Assembly (NCBI GenBank): GCA_036826295.1
Contig: DAISWO010000001.1
Span: 157,652-221,651 of the forward strand
Reading direction: 5' to 3'
Length of the DNA: 64,000 bases
Source: Candidatus Saccharimonadota bacterium
GTDB lineage: Bacteria > Patescibacteriota > Saccharimonadia > Saccharimonadales > JAGQNJ01
Position numbers and translations under genes: made by a program. The notes beneath the pieces were generated by a model. The model was not told the origin of the DNA. It made no database searches and was given only the letters and a program-made list of their open reading frames with translations. Positions 1 to 9,384 of the stretch are shown one piece after another. Each line of letters starts with the position of its first letter. Position 1 is the stretch's first letter.

Positions 1-139
1 GAGCGAGCTAAGCGAAAAACGAGTCGAGAAAGTCACTGACTTCATTAAAGAAGGCGAAAAAGTTACCGTTAAATTAGTTGCTATAGATGAAAAAGGCCGA
101 TTGAATCTAAGTATGAAAGCTGTAAAAAAAGAGGGGTAG
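1..139 (+). CDS. pnp: 3' end of a gene ending in an S1 RNA-binding domain, most likely polyribonucleotide nucleotidyltransferase (5' part outside window)
   Basis: Frame 2 reads ...[36 protein letters not shown] with stop TAG at 137-139. This is a typical PNPase C-terminal S1 ending. Confidence 0.5.
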   Translation, partial: SELSEKRVEKVTDFIKEGEKVTVKLVAIDEKGRLNLSMKAVKKEG

Positions 140-149
140 GCATCGACAA

Positions 150-362
150 ATGACTAGTACTAAGAAGCGAATTAATCCGGATCATTTTCGAACGCCACAG
201 GCATATCTCGCTACTGGTCTAGTTATGTGGCTTATTAGCTACATTCTATTTTTATTAGCTACTGATTCTGGCAATACACTTCAATGGCTAGGTTTTTTTG
301 TAGCAGTTGTTTGGGGCGGGATCAGGATATGTCAATCGGTAGTCTTCTATTTAAAAAAGTAA
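150..362 (+). CDS. small hypothetical membrane protein (70 aa, two hydrophobic helices)
   Basis: ORF with two clear hydrophobic segments. No recognisable family. Confidence 0.4.
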   Translation: MTSTKKRINPDHFRTPQAYLATGLVMWLISYILFLLATDSGNTLQWLGFFVAVVWGGIRICQSVVFYLKK

Positions 363-370
363 AAATAACC

Positions 371-967
371 ATGTTAAATTCTCAAAAACTAGATCGAATC
401 AATCAAAAACTAACTAATAGCGGTATTTGCAGTGAACTAGCTGAGTCAGCAACACAGCTAGTTTTTGGATACGGTAACCCTAATGCAAAAGTCGTATTTA
501 TTGGTGAAGCGCCCGGCAAGAACGAAGATAAGGAAGGACGCCCATTTATAGGCGCAGCCGGTAAATTTTTAGATGAAATGCTCGATAATATCGGACTAAA
601 GAGAGAAGAAGTATATATAACTAATATTGTTAAATACCGGCCACCAAATAATAGAGATCCTCTGCCTGACAAAAAAAATCAATTTCTACCGTATTTGTTA
701 GAAGAGCTAGAAGCAATTAAACCAGTTATAGTGGTGACTTTGGGTCGTCATAGTATGAATTGCTTCTTGCCAGAAGAACAAATTGGTAAAATGCATGGCC
801 AAGTAATAGAAAAGTCAGGGTATATTTTTGTCCCGCTTTATCACCCGGCAGCTGCGTTATATAACGGGGCTATGCGTCAATTATTAATCGAGGATTTTAA
901 TAAAATCCCAGTCATTTTAGAAAATTTAAATTCAACAAAAAAATTAAAGGAGAAAATCCAAATATGA
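371..967 (+). CDS. uracil-DNA glycosylase, family 4
   Basis: Motifs GEAPGKNEDKEGRPFIGAAGKFL and HPAA match family-4 UDG. Start moved to ATG 371, which removes the overlap with the upstream ORF. Confidence 0.85.
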   Translation: MLNSQKLDRINQKLTNSGICSELAESATQLVFGYGNPNAKVVFIGEAPGKNEDKEGRPFIGAAGKFLDEMLDNIGLKREEVYITNIVKYRPPNNRDPLPDKKNQFLPYLLEELEAIKPVIVVTLGRHSMNCFLPEEQIGKMHGQVIEKSGYIFVPLYHPAAALYNGAMRQLLIEDFNKIPVILENLNSTKKLKEKIQI

Positions 968-3030
968 ATAACAAACCAAACCCGAGTAGAGGGAATAATC
1001 GTCCAACAAATAATGGACAGAAGAATAATGGGATGAACACATCCCGCGGTGCTGCGATACGTGCTCAAAAAAGATCACATGAGGATGCTAGAAAGATTGC
1101 CGATCAATATAGTGCTGTAAAGGACGAACAACCTAAAAAACGCGCTAATCTAGTTACTGACGATTTTGAAAAAATTAAGATTTCGTTCTTGGGTGGACTT
1201 GAAGACGTCGGTGAAAAAAATACAACTGTAATTGAATACCAAAATAGTGCAATCGTTCTAGATTGCGGTATAAATCTCGGCGTAGATTTGCCTGGTATAA
1301 ATTACGAGATTGCTGACCCAACCTATATTGCTCAGATTAAGCACAAGATTAAGGGTTATGTTATTACTCATGGACACCTGGACCACATTGGTGGCCTAAA
1401 ACACATTGTGCCTCGTTTTCCAGCGCCTATCTATGGGTCACAGTTTACTATCGGAATAGTAGAGAAAACATTCGAGGAACTACCTCCTGGCGTAGACCCA
1501 AGCTACAAGCCCGAGACTATTACTATGAGCATGGACAATCACGAAAAACTAAAGATTGGACCGTTCTTTATTGAACTAATTCGCGTAACGCACGCAATCC
1601 CAGATTCTACAGCAGTTTGTATTGATACACCGGTGGGTAGGATATTGGCAACCGGTGATTATAGATTGGATCCAGAACCATTAGACAAAATGCCGTCAGA
1701 TGTAAAACGATTACAAGAGCTCGGCGATGAAGGTGTGAAGTTGTTACTCGCTGAGAGTAGTTATGCCGATATAGAAGGAAGAACACCGACTGAGCATACA
1801 CTAGAGAAAAGTTTTAAGGACGTAATATCCCAGGCCCAGGGCCGAATATTTTGTGCAGTTTTTTCGAGTAATATGAACCGTATCCAAATGATTATTAATG
1901 CAGCAGTCGAGAACGGTAGAAAGGTAGCTCTAGATGGGCGGAGTATGATGTCGTATGCAGAGATTGCCGTCAGACAAGGAATTTTAAAAGTACCTAAAGG
2001 CACGCTAATGGCTATGCGTGAAGCTGCCAATCTGCCCGACGAACAACTTCTAGTTATGTGTACTGGCGGTCAAGGCGAACCAAACGCAGCGCTACAACGA
2101 ATGAGCGAAGGATTGCATAATCATATTAAATTAAAGGCAGGCGATACGGCTCTGATTAGTTCATCGCCAATTCCTGGTAACGAAATTAGATATGATCAAA
2201 TTGGCAATAACCTAGCTAGCCTGGGTGTAAAACAGTATCGCCATCCCACGCATGAAGTTGATGGTTGCGGACCTCTGCACGTTTCTGGTCACGCTAAACG
2301 TGATGAAATGAGAGATATGTTAAATATGGTTAGACCAAAGTATTTGATTCCGGTTCACGGCGGAATGCTACGTAGACGATATTTGGCCGATCTTGCAGTT
2401 GAAGAGGGAATGAAACGTAGTGATGCCATGCTAGGTTATAACGGCGCCAGCTTCTTGCTTAGTAAGGACAAACTAGAAAAAATCGAAGACGTGCCAGCTG
2501 GTAGTTTACTGGTGGATCAAACTGGGGCAATTATTAGTAATATTGTGGTTAAAGATCGCATTATGTTATCCGAAGAAGGCTTGGTTACGGTTGTTTTAAC
2601 TGTTGATCGGAAAACTGGCGCATTAATGACTAGCCCAGATATTATTACTCGTGGGTTTATCTATATTCGTGATAACGAAGAAATTATGAGTGGGCTTCGT
2701 ACAGAACTAAAACGAGCTGTCATGCAAAGGTTTAAGAGAATTGATCTAGAAAGATTCAAAGCAGAACTTAAGGATCACGTTACTCATTATTTGTACGATC
2801 AGACACAGAGAGCACCTATTGTTATTCCGGTAGTAAATGTTGTTGGAGGTGGTTCTTCAAAACAAGGTAGCCCAAAGCCTACGCAAGGCTCGGCAAAGTC
2901 TAATTCTCCTAATGGAAAGTCAGAGGTTGTTGAAAAGCCAAAAACTGATATGGATATGGCCGTAGAGCAACAAGAACGATTTGCCCAGATGCGCAAACAG
3001 TTGCTTGACCAAAAAACATATGGCGACTAG
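964..3030 (+). CDS. rnj: ribonuclease J (metallo-beta-lactamase/beta-CASP RNase) with a basic low-complexity N-terminal extension
   Basis: HGHLDHIGG motif and length/architecture typical of RNase J. ATGA overlap with the UDG stop. Confidence 0.9.
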   Translation: MNNKPNPSRGNNRPTNNGQKNNGMNTSRGAAIRAQKRSHEDARKIADQYSAVKDEQPKKRANLVTDDFEKIKISFLGGLEDVGEKNTTVIEYQNSAIVLDCGINLGVDLPGINYEIADPTYIAQIKHKIKGYVITHGHLDHIGGLKHIVPRFPAPIYGSQFTIGIVEKTFEELPPGVDPSYKPETITMSMDNHEKLKIGPFFIELIRVTHAIPDSTAVCIDTPVGRILATGDYRLDPEPLDKMPSDVKRLQELGDEGVKLLLAESSYADIEGRTPTEHTLEKSFKDVISQAQGRIFCAVFSSNMNRIQMIINAAVENGRKVALDGRSMMSYAEIAVRQGILKVPKGTLMAMREAANLPDEQLLVMCTGGQGEPNAALQRMSEGLHNHIKLKAGDTALISSSPIPGNEIRYDQIGNNLASLGVKQYRHPTHEVDGCGPLHVSGHAKRDEMRDMLNMVRPKYLIPVHGGMLRRRYLADLAVEEGMKRSDAMLGYNGASFLLSKDKLEKIEDVPAGSLLVDQTGAIISNIVVKDRIMLSEEGLVTVVLTVDRKTGALMTSPDIITRGFIYIRDNEEIMSGLRTELKRAVMQRFKRIDLERFKAELKDHVTHYLYDQTQRAPIVIPVVNVVGGGSSKQGSPKPTQGSAKSNSPNGKSEVVEKPKTDMDMAVEQQERFAQMRKQLLDQKTYGD

Positions 3031-3044
3031 CGAGCATTAGCATA

Positions 3045-3073
3045 TTGACTAAAGTTGTAAAAACTGCTACAAT
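3045..3073 (+). promoter_or_regulatory. sigma70-type promoter upstream of ftsK
   Basis: TTGACT (3045-3050), 17-nt spacer, TACAAT (3068-3073). Confidence 0.45.
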
Positions 3074-3135
3074 ACTGAGAGTGAATTATGTGCTCGACAA
3101 CAGATACGTAAACTTCTTATAATACCAAGGTAGAT

Positions 3136-5334
3136 ATGGTTAAAAAGAAAAGACAAACACGCAAGAAAAAGAATCAACAGCCGGTTGAGAAGTCCAATTT
3201 TTGGCAGCTTTCTGGCGCAGTAACGATGATACTGTTGGGGCTATTTTTGTTGCTCGGCGGCTTCGGTGCAGGTGGCCCACTACCTGTAAATATGTTTAGT
3301 GGAATATATTGGGCTCTTGGCTGGGCTGCTTACATCGCACCATTTTTATTAGCCTACCTTGGGGCATTAAAGTTTATTAGTGAAGATAAGCAGATACCAT
3401 TAGAAAAATTTGCTTCTAGTATTGGTATTCTAGTATTTAGTTCTAGCTGGTTCTATACAGTCTTTGTAACAGTAGATGAAAGCGGAACATATAGTGGTGG
3501 TCATGGTGGGTCGATCGGCGAACTAATCGGTGGCGCCTCACTTAATCTTATTTCTAAGTTTCCGGCATCAATCATGTATTTTGTGCTAACTGGCTTGGCT
3601 GTTTTTCTCACTTTCAATATCTCGCCTCAGATAATCTTAAAACTAGGCAATATATTTAAACAAAAAGATAATGGAGACGTCGATTTAGCCAAATTAAAAG
3701 GTAATGAACAAAAAGAATTTCAGCTTAATGAAGGTGTGCCAGTTGAACATCGTGGCGCAAAACTATCTTCGCTTAAAAACACTGCCCAAAAATTGACGCC
3801 GAACGAAAATCACGAAGCCCTAACAGCTAAAAGTGATCCAACCTGGAAGTTTCCGGGCCTTGAGCTATTAAATCAAAAACAAGATAAAGCTGATGCTGGT
3901 GATGTCGAGGGTAATGCCAAACAAATAAAAGAGAGCTTGGGCAACTTCAATATTGATGCCACCATGGAAGGGGCGAATATTGGACCACGTGTCACACAGT
4001 ACACACTCCGACCTCCCAACGGTGTTAAATTAACCAAGATTAAGGCATTAGAAGATAACTTGGCGCTTGATCTAGCTGCTCAAACCATAAGAATTGAAGC
4101 TCCGATCCCAGGGAAAAGAGCTGTTGGTATCGAAGTGCCAAACGTCAAACAAGCCCACGTGCGAGTGAGTAGTATCTTACAGACGAACGAATGGCAAAAT
4201 CGTGAAGGTAATCTTAATATTGCAATTGGAAAAGATATATCAGGTACGCCTGTGATCGATGATTTAGATAAAATGCCACACATTCTGGTTGCTGGTCAGA
4301 CAGGATCAGGAAAATCCGTAATGATTAACACTATCTTAACTAGTTTGCTGTATAGAAATACGCCAAGTGATCTTAAGTTAATAATGGTCGACCCAAAACA
4401 AGTTGAACTAAAACCTTATGACGGCATCCCGCATTTGCTAACGCCTGTAATTACCGAGCCAGAAAAATGTATTAGCGCGCTTAAATGGACAGTAGCGGAG
4501 ATGGAGAGACGCTATAAAGCGCTCTCAGAAGTACACAAACGTAATATCCTAGAGTATAACGAGCTAAAAAAAGAAGAGGGTATGCCTTATATCGTTATTG
4601 TAATTGATGAGCTTGCAGATCTGATGATGATGGCGGCACGTGATGTTGAAGCCTTGATTGTCAGAATTGCCCAGAAGGCTAGAGCAGTAGGAATCCACTT
4701 AATCTTAGCTACTCAGCGTCCGAGTGTGGACGTTATAACAGGGTTGATAAAGGCAAACATACCGGCGCGCGTCGCATTTACGACTGCCAGTCAGGTCGAT
4801 TCTCGTACCATTATCGACCAAATGGGCGCAGAGAAGCTACTTGGTAGAGGTGATATGTTGTACCAGACCGCAGAGATGCCAAAACCGAAGCGTATTCAAG
4901 GTGCCTTAATTACTGACGAAGAGACTAACAAAATTACTGATTTTATAAGAGCCCAACGTGCACCGAATTATGATGACGAAGTTGTGAGCCAGCCAGTCCA
5001 ATTAAATGGTCGTGGTGGCGTGGTTGCTGATTATGGCGCCAATGATGCCGACGATGACATGTGGAAGGATGCTATCCAAGTTGTAGTTGATGGCAAAAAA
5101 GCTAGTACCAGTTTGCTCCAACGTCGACTTCGAATAGGTTATGCTCGGGCAGCTAGGCTAATGGAAAGCATGGAAGAGCAAGGGATAATTGGTCCAGCCG
5201 ACGGTTCTAGACCACGAGATGTACTCATAAGTTCTGTCGACGAGGTATTCGGCGACACTCACTCTGATGACGTTGCCATGCAGGACAATAGTAGCGACGC
5301 TGATGCGGACCCAGATGAGTTGACCAACGCCTAG
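3136..5334 (+). CDS. ftsK: DNA translocase FtsK/SpoIIIE
   Basis: N-terminal TM helices, Walker A GQTGSGKS, ATQRPSVDVITG motif, and a C-terminal winged-helix gamma domain (LLQRRLRIGYARAARLME). Confidence 0.9.
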   Translation: MVKKKRQTRKKKNQQPVEKSNFWQLSGAVTMILLGLFLLLGGFGAGGPLPVNMFSGIYWALGWAAYIAPFLLAYLGALKFISEDKQIPLEKFASSIGILVFSSSWFYTVFVTVDESGTYSGGHGGSIGELIGGASLNLISKFPASIMYFVLTGLAVFLTFNISPQIILKLGNIFKQKDNGDVDLAKLKGNEQKEFQLNEGVPVEHRGAKLSSLKNTAQKLTPNENHEALTAKSDPTWKFPGLELLNQKQDKADAGDVEGNAKQIKESLGNFNIDATMEGANIGPRVTQYTLRPPNGVKLTKIKALEDNLALDLAAQTIRIEAPIPGKRAVGIEVPNVKQAHVRVSSILQTNEWQNREGNLNIAIGKDISGTPVIDDLDKMPHILVAGQTGSGKSVMINTILTSLLYRNTPSDLKLIMVDPKQVELKPYDGIPHLLTPVITEPEKCISALKWTVAEMERRYKALSEVHKRNILEYNELKKEEGMPYIVIVIDELADLMMMAARDVEALIVRIAQKARAVGIHLILATQRPSVDVITGLIKANIPARVAFTTASQVDSRTIIDQMGAEKLLGRGDMLYQTAEMPKPKRIQGALITDEETNKITDFIRAQRAPNYDDEVVSQPVQLNGRGGVVADYGANDADDDMWKDAIQVVVDGKKASTSLLQRRLRIGYARAARLMESMEEQGIIGPADGSRPRDVLISSVDEVFGDTHSDDVAMQDNSSDADADPDELTNA

Positions 5335-5340
5335 CTAAGG

Positions 5341-5349
5341 TGGTATAAT
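5341..5349 (+). promoter_or_regulatory. extended -10 promoter element (TGGTATAAT) for the rpsF-ssb-rpsR operon
   Basis: TGGTATAAT lies about 80 nt upstream of the rpsF start. The same 9-mer or a close variant recurs before other genes in the window. Confidence 0.45.
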
Positions 5350-5428
5350 TACATCTGTTAATAAAACTTCAGCTCGTGATTTTCTTTAAGGATTACGGGC
5401 CAAAGACCAAAGGAAGGAGATAAAATAA

Positions 5429-5815
5429 GTGCAAGATTACGAAATAGCAGTGCTATATGATCCAGGTTTAGAGGTAGACCTGACCAAATCTGAGGACAGA
5501 TTTAAAAAAATAATTACCGACAATAAGGGCAAAATTAAAGATACCGATAACTGGGGTAAACGAAAATTAGCCTACCCAATTGCCAAAAACGAACATGCCA
5601 TATATGTTTTTTATACGGTCGAGTTAGAGCCAGCCTCTCTCGGTAAAATTGAGAGTACGCTAAATATCACGAACGAGATTATTCGGTATTTAATTGTAAA
5701 AATCGACCATAAAGAATTAGCCAAAGCAGAATTAGCTAGAAAAACTCTAGCAGAGAAAGCAAAAAAATCTAAGAGCTCTGACGAGACCAAGTCGGACGAC
5801 GAAGTAGAGGAGTAG
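5429..5815 (+). CDS. rpsF: 30S ribosomal protein S6 (GTG start, acidic C-terminal tail)
   Basis: YEIAVLYDP...WGKRKLAYPI signature. SD AAGGAGA upstream. Confidence 0.9.
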   Translation: MQDYEIAVLYDPGLEVDLTKSEDRFKKIITDNKGKIKDTDNWGKRKLAYPIAKNEHAIYVFYTVELEPASLGKIESTLNITNEIIRYLIVKIDHKELAKAELARKTLAEKAKKSKSSDETKSDDEVEE

Positions 5816-5821
5816 TACAAA

Positions 5822-6289
5822 ATGGCACGAAGCGTAAACCAAGTAACATTGATGGGCAACCTTACTCGTGACCCAGAACTCCGCCAAACACCCAACGGAC
5901 AAAGTGTCTGTAGCTTTAGCCTAGCTCTAAACCGCAGTTATAAGGGTAGTAATGGTGAGTGGCAAGAGGCTACAGATTACGTCGATATTGTGGCTTGGGC
6001 AAATTTAGGCGAACGAGTTGCACAGTACCTTACTAAAGGCCGACGGTGCCTAGTTATTGGACGTTTGCAAAGTAGCTCATGGGAGCAAGAAGGCAAAAAA
6101 CGCAGTAAAGTTGAAGTTATTGCCAACGACGTGACGTTCCTTGATAGTCGCGGAGCGGATAGTGGAGGTAATGAATCGGGACCAAGTGATAGTCCAGTCA
6201 GCGAAAAACCAGCTAGCAAACCAGCAAAAGACGAAGTAGTCGAAGACGTCGATGATGAACCAATTAACCTAGACGACATACCATTTTAA
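5822..6289 (+). CDS. ssb: single-stranded DNA-binding protein
   Basis: OB-fold N-terminus (VNQVTLMGNLTRDPELR) and acidic tail ending DDIPF. Confidence 0.9.
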   Translation: MARSVNQVTLMGNLTRDPELRQTPNGQSVCSFSLALNRSYKGSNGEWQEATDYVDIVAWANLGERVAQYLTKGRRCLVIGRLQSSSWEQEGKKRSKVEVIANDVTFLDSRGADSGGNESGPSDSPVSEKPASKPAKDEVVEDVDDEPINLDDIPF

Positions 6290-6405
6290 TCGGCTGGCGC
6301 CTTTATGAGAGGGGAATATCCCCTCTCATCGCGCCGGGAAGTGAATAAATCACTTCAGCGGGCTGCTCACCCCTAACAACAAGCAATAAGTAAAAGGAGA
6401 ATTTA

Positions 6406-6609
6406 ATGGCAAAAATATTTAGAAAACGAGATGAAGTACCATTCTTTGATTACAAGGATTTTAAATCTTTGCAACGCTACGTTAATGTGTACGGCCAGAT
6501 AGAATCACGTAAAAAGACTGGTCTAACAGAGAGTCAGCAACGACACCTATCGCGTGCCATAAAACGTGCACGACATTTAGCATTGCTACCATTCGTAGCA
6601 AATAACTAG
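6406..6609 (+). CDS. rpsR: 30S ribosomal protein S18
   Basis: DYKDFKSLQRYV...LSRAIKRARHLALLPF signature and S6-SSB-S18 synteny. Confidence 0.9.
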   Translation: MAKIFRKRDEVPFFDYKDFKSLQRYVNVYGQIESRKKTGLTESQQRHLSRAIKRARHLALLPFVANN

Positions 6610-6619
6610 GAGATTACCT

Positions 6620-7186
6620 ATGGCGTTTGGAATAACCGATCTTAAAAAAGGCACAATCTTTCAGTTTGAGGGCGATCCGTATAAAGTCGTAGAGTATTCA
6701 CAAAAAGTAATGGGGCGAGGCGGTTCAATCGTTAACGTCAAGATTAAGAGTCTTGTTGACGGTAAGGTGTTGGATAAAACTTTTAAGGGTAACGAACAAC
6801 TCGAGCCGGCTGATGTGAGCAATAAAACAGTTCAGTATCTTTATAACGATGGAACGAGCTTTCATTTTATGGATCCAGAATCTTTTGAGCAATTTGAAGT
6901 GCCGGCGAGTATCATTGCTGAACAGTCTGGATATCTCAAAGAATCAGATACTGTGACTCTACAAATTTTTAAAGATAGAATCATCAATGTAGAGTTGCCA
7001 AAAAATGTATATCTAAAAGTAACTTACGCTGAGGATGCCGTTAAAGGCGATACCTCTAGCTCAATTACCAAGGATGCCACGCTAGAAACAGGCATTAAGG
7101 TAAAAGTCCCGCCATTTATCAAAACTGGTGATGAAATTAGTGTTGATACCGATTCTGGTGCTTATCGCGAGCGTAAAAAAGTCTAA
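6620..7186 (+). CDS. efp: elongation factor P (Arg at the loop position that is Lys34 in E. coli)
   Basis: Full-length similarity to EF-P by eye. The tip loop reads KVMGRGGS. Confidence 0.9.
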   Translation: MAFGITDLKKGTIFQFEGDPYKVVEYSQKVMGRGGSIVNVKIKSLVDGKVLDKTFKGNEQLEPADVSNKTVQYLYNDGTSFHFMDPESFEQFEVPASIIAEQSGYLKESDTVTLQIFKDRIINVELPKNVYLKVTYAEDAVKGDTSSSITKDATLETGIKVKVPPFIKTGDEISVDTDSGAYRERKKV

Positions 7187-7201
7187 GGATACTAGGTAGC
7201 C

Positions 7202-7912
7202 ATGAGAATAGATGAATATTTGGCCAAGAATGGTCTGGTCAGGTCTAGGTCTCATGCGAAAGATCTAGTGAATAGGGGAAAAGTTCGGGTTAATGGTGAT
7301 ATTGTCACAAAAGCTGGATATCAAATTAAACCTAGTGATAATTTAGTAGTCGATGAAGCGATTCAGCTAGTTTCGCGTGCTGGCGAAAAGTTAGCTTCTG
7401 TATACAAGAATTTTAACCTAGACTTTAATGACAAAGTTGTACTGGACGTCGGGTCCTCAACCGGAGGTTTTACTGACTTTGCATTACAAAATGGAGCAAA
7501 AAAAGTAATTGCCGTAGATACAGGCACTGATCAGCTGGCTGAAAAACTTCGGATAGATCCAAGAGTAGAATTGCACGAGAAAACTGATATCAGAGATTAT
7601 TCTGCGCACGGCAAATCGATAGATTACGCATTGATGGACGTGTCGTTTATATCAATTCGAAAAATTCTGCCTGCGGTTAAGGAATTATCGGATAAAGATA
7701 CTATCATTATCGCCATGTTAAAACCTCAGTTTGAAGCAACGATACCTCAGAAGAATAAGGGTGTAATCAAAAATTCTCGGGTAAGAAAAGAGATTTTATC
7801 TGAATTCGAAGCATGGGTTAAAAGGGGCTTTGTAATCTCTGCGTCTATGGACAGCCAGCTTAGTGGAACTAAAGGTAACGTTGAACGTTTTTATCGTCTG
7901 CAAAAAACATAA
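7202..7912 (+). CDS. tlyA: TlyA-family rRNA 2'-O-methyltransferase (S4 domain + FtsJ-like MTase)
   Basis: N-terminal S4 motif (RIDEYLAKNGLVRSRSHAKDLV) and SAM motif VLDVGSSTGGFTD. Confidence 0.8.
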   Translation: MRIDEYLAKNGLVRSRSHAKDLVNRGKVRVNGDIVTKAGYQIKPSDNLVVDEAIQLVSRAGEKLASVYKNFNLDFNDKVVLDVGSSTGGFTDFALQNGAKKVIAVDTGTDQLAEKLRIDPRVELHEKTDIRDYSAHGKSIDYALMDVSFISIRKILPAVKELSDKDTIIIAMLKPQFEATIPQKNKGVIKNSRVRKEILSEFEAWVKRGFVISASMDSQLSGTKGNVERFYRLQKT

Positions 7913-7938
7913 GCGTTCTGTTAAACTCATAAACATAA

Positions 7939-8595
7939 ATGTACTACAAAAGTCGAAATGAAGCCGGGCAGTTATTGGCAAAAAAATTGGTCGAAAAGTA
8001 CCGATATGAAGATTGCGCTGTAGTTGCGCTGTCTGAAGGTGGGGTGATAGTCGGTGCCGAAATCGCAAAAGCCCTTCACTGCGTGTTGACGATGCTTTTA
8101 ACTGAAGAAGTAAAGTTACCGGGAGAGACAAAACCAATCGCTGTGGTTAATCAAGATGGTGGGTTTACATATAATAATTTGTTCTCAACCGGAGAATTAG
8201 AAGGTTTTACAGCAGAATTCCATAACTATCTCGAGCAAGAAAAAATGCAAAAATTCCACGCTATTAATAGATTATTAGGCGAAGGGGGGCTGATTAGAAG
8301 TGATCTTTTGTATGGGCGAAACGTGATTCTTGTTTCTGACGGTTTAAATAGTGGGATTTCTTTGGATGCTGCTTCTGATTTTCTAAAGCCGATCAGAATT
8401 CAAAAAATGATAGTTGCGACCCCGCTAGCTACAGTTCAAGCGGTGGACAGGATGCATATTATGGCAGACGAGATTCAATGCCTCAGTGTGGTAGAGAACT
8501 ACATGAATACTAATCACTACTATGACGATAATAAGATGCCGGATAGAGACGTTATCTTAAAAACTATTGAGACGATTGTACTTAACTGGAAATAA
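7939..8595 (+). CDS. phosphoribosyltransferase-family protein (degenerate PRPP loop)
   Basis: VILVSDGLNSG resembles the PRTase VxLVDDGxxTG loop. Overall layout is COG1926-like. Confidence 0.5.
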   Translation: MYYKSRNEAGQLLAKKLVEKYRYEDCAVVALSEGGVIVGAEIAKALHCVLTMLLTEEVKLPGETKPIAVVNQDGGFTYNNLFSTGELEGFTAEFHNYLEQEKMQKFHAINRLLGEGGLIRSDLLYGRNVILVSDGLNSGISLDAASDFLKPIRIQKMIVATPLATVQAVDRMHIMADEIQCLSVVENYMNTNHYYDDNKMPDRDVILKTIETIVLNWK

Positions 8596-9243
8596 CTATA
8601 ATAATTTTTTAAGCTTTTGTATATCTAAGATTGAAATAACAGAATTATTAGTCTCAATTAACTTGTTACGTTCTAGTGCGACAATTTCTCGCCCAGTGGT
8701 TTCGCGTGTGGCATTAACTGAGCTAGCAATATCGATACGTCGCAGGGGAGCGGATATTATTATTTTGGATCCGGACTCCTCGCCAAATCGTTCAGCCATT
8801 AGTAGTAAAAAGGCCACAACTCGTTCTTTGACAGTCCTGTACTCTAAGTTAATTATTCTTAAAGAGTGCATACGATACATGGCGATAACTAAGTCAATAA
8901 ACGGCGGTAATGCTTCTTTATTATTTTGGAGGTAATCTAAATACTCATCTCGATCGACTTTCCAAATCTCTACCGGCGACATTGCTTCATATACAACTAA
9001 TTTATCTTCTCCGGTAACAGACCAGATTAGAGGAAAGATTTCTCCAGCTTTTCTGATAATAAGTAGGTTTTCTTCGCCATACTTTGTGATGTCATAAGCT
9101 TTGACGAGACCCGACTCGATTAAAAAAACACCCGTAGGTGTTTCGTTGGCTCGGATTATTAGTTCGCCTTTTTTGTAGGTTAACTTTCGCCCTTTTTCAA
9201 ACAGGGCTTTGAAGGACTTGCGTTGTTTATCATTTGCAAGCAT
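8596..9243 (-). CDS. Crp/Fnr-family transcriptional regulator (cNMP-binding domain + C-terminal HTH)
   Basis: Beta-roll region (GVFLIESGLVKAY...) and C-terminal HTH (IASSVNATRETTGREIVALE). Confidence 0.75.
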   Translation of the reverse strand: MLANDKQRKSFKALFEKGRKLTYKKGELIIRANETPTGVFLIESGLVKAYDITKYGEENLLIIRKAGEIFPLIWSVTGEDKLVVYEAMSPVEIWKVDRDEYLDYLQNNKEALPPFIDLVIAMYRMHSLRIINLEYRTVKERVVAFLLLMAERFGEESGSKIIISAPLRRIDIASSVNATRETTGREIVALERNKLIETNNSVISILDIQKLKKLL

Positions 9244-9283
9244 AGCTTAATTATCCCACAGATATACAGTTTAGTCACTCGCG

Positions 9284-9299
9284 TGTGATAAAAATCTCA
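9284..9299. promoter_or_regulatory. CRP/FNR-type operator candidate TGTGA-N6-TCTCA in the divergent crp-like/PH-domain intergenic region
   Basis: TGTGATAAAAATCTCA has one mismatch to TGTGA-N6-TCACA. It sits 41 nt upstream of the regulator start codon. Confidence 0.35.
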
Positions 9300-9384
9300 T
9301 CGATTGAGTTACAAGGTTAACAGACAAGGTAGTGCTATAGGGTTAGAGTATAAATGTACTTCAATTAATAAAGGAGGTGCGGAG

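Noticed and set aside
284-370. A longer N-terminus for the uracil-DNA glycosylase (track ORF starts at 284).
   Set aside because: The extension overlaps the preceding 70-aa ORF in another frame and adds a Cys-rich non-homologous peptide. ATG 371 gives a canonical family-4 UDG length.
8567-8935. A 122-aa plus-strand ORF.
   Set aside because: It is entirely antisense to the well-supported Crp/Fnr-family gene and has no start context or recognisable motif.
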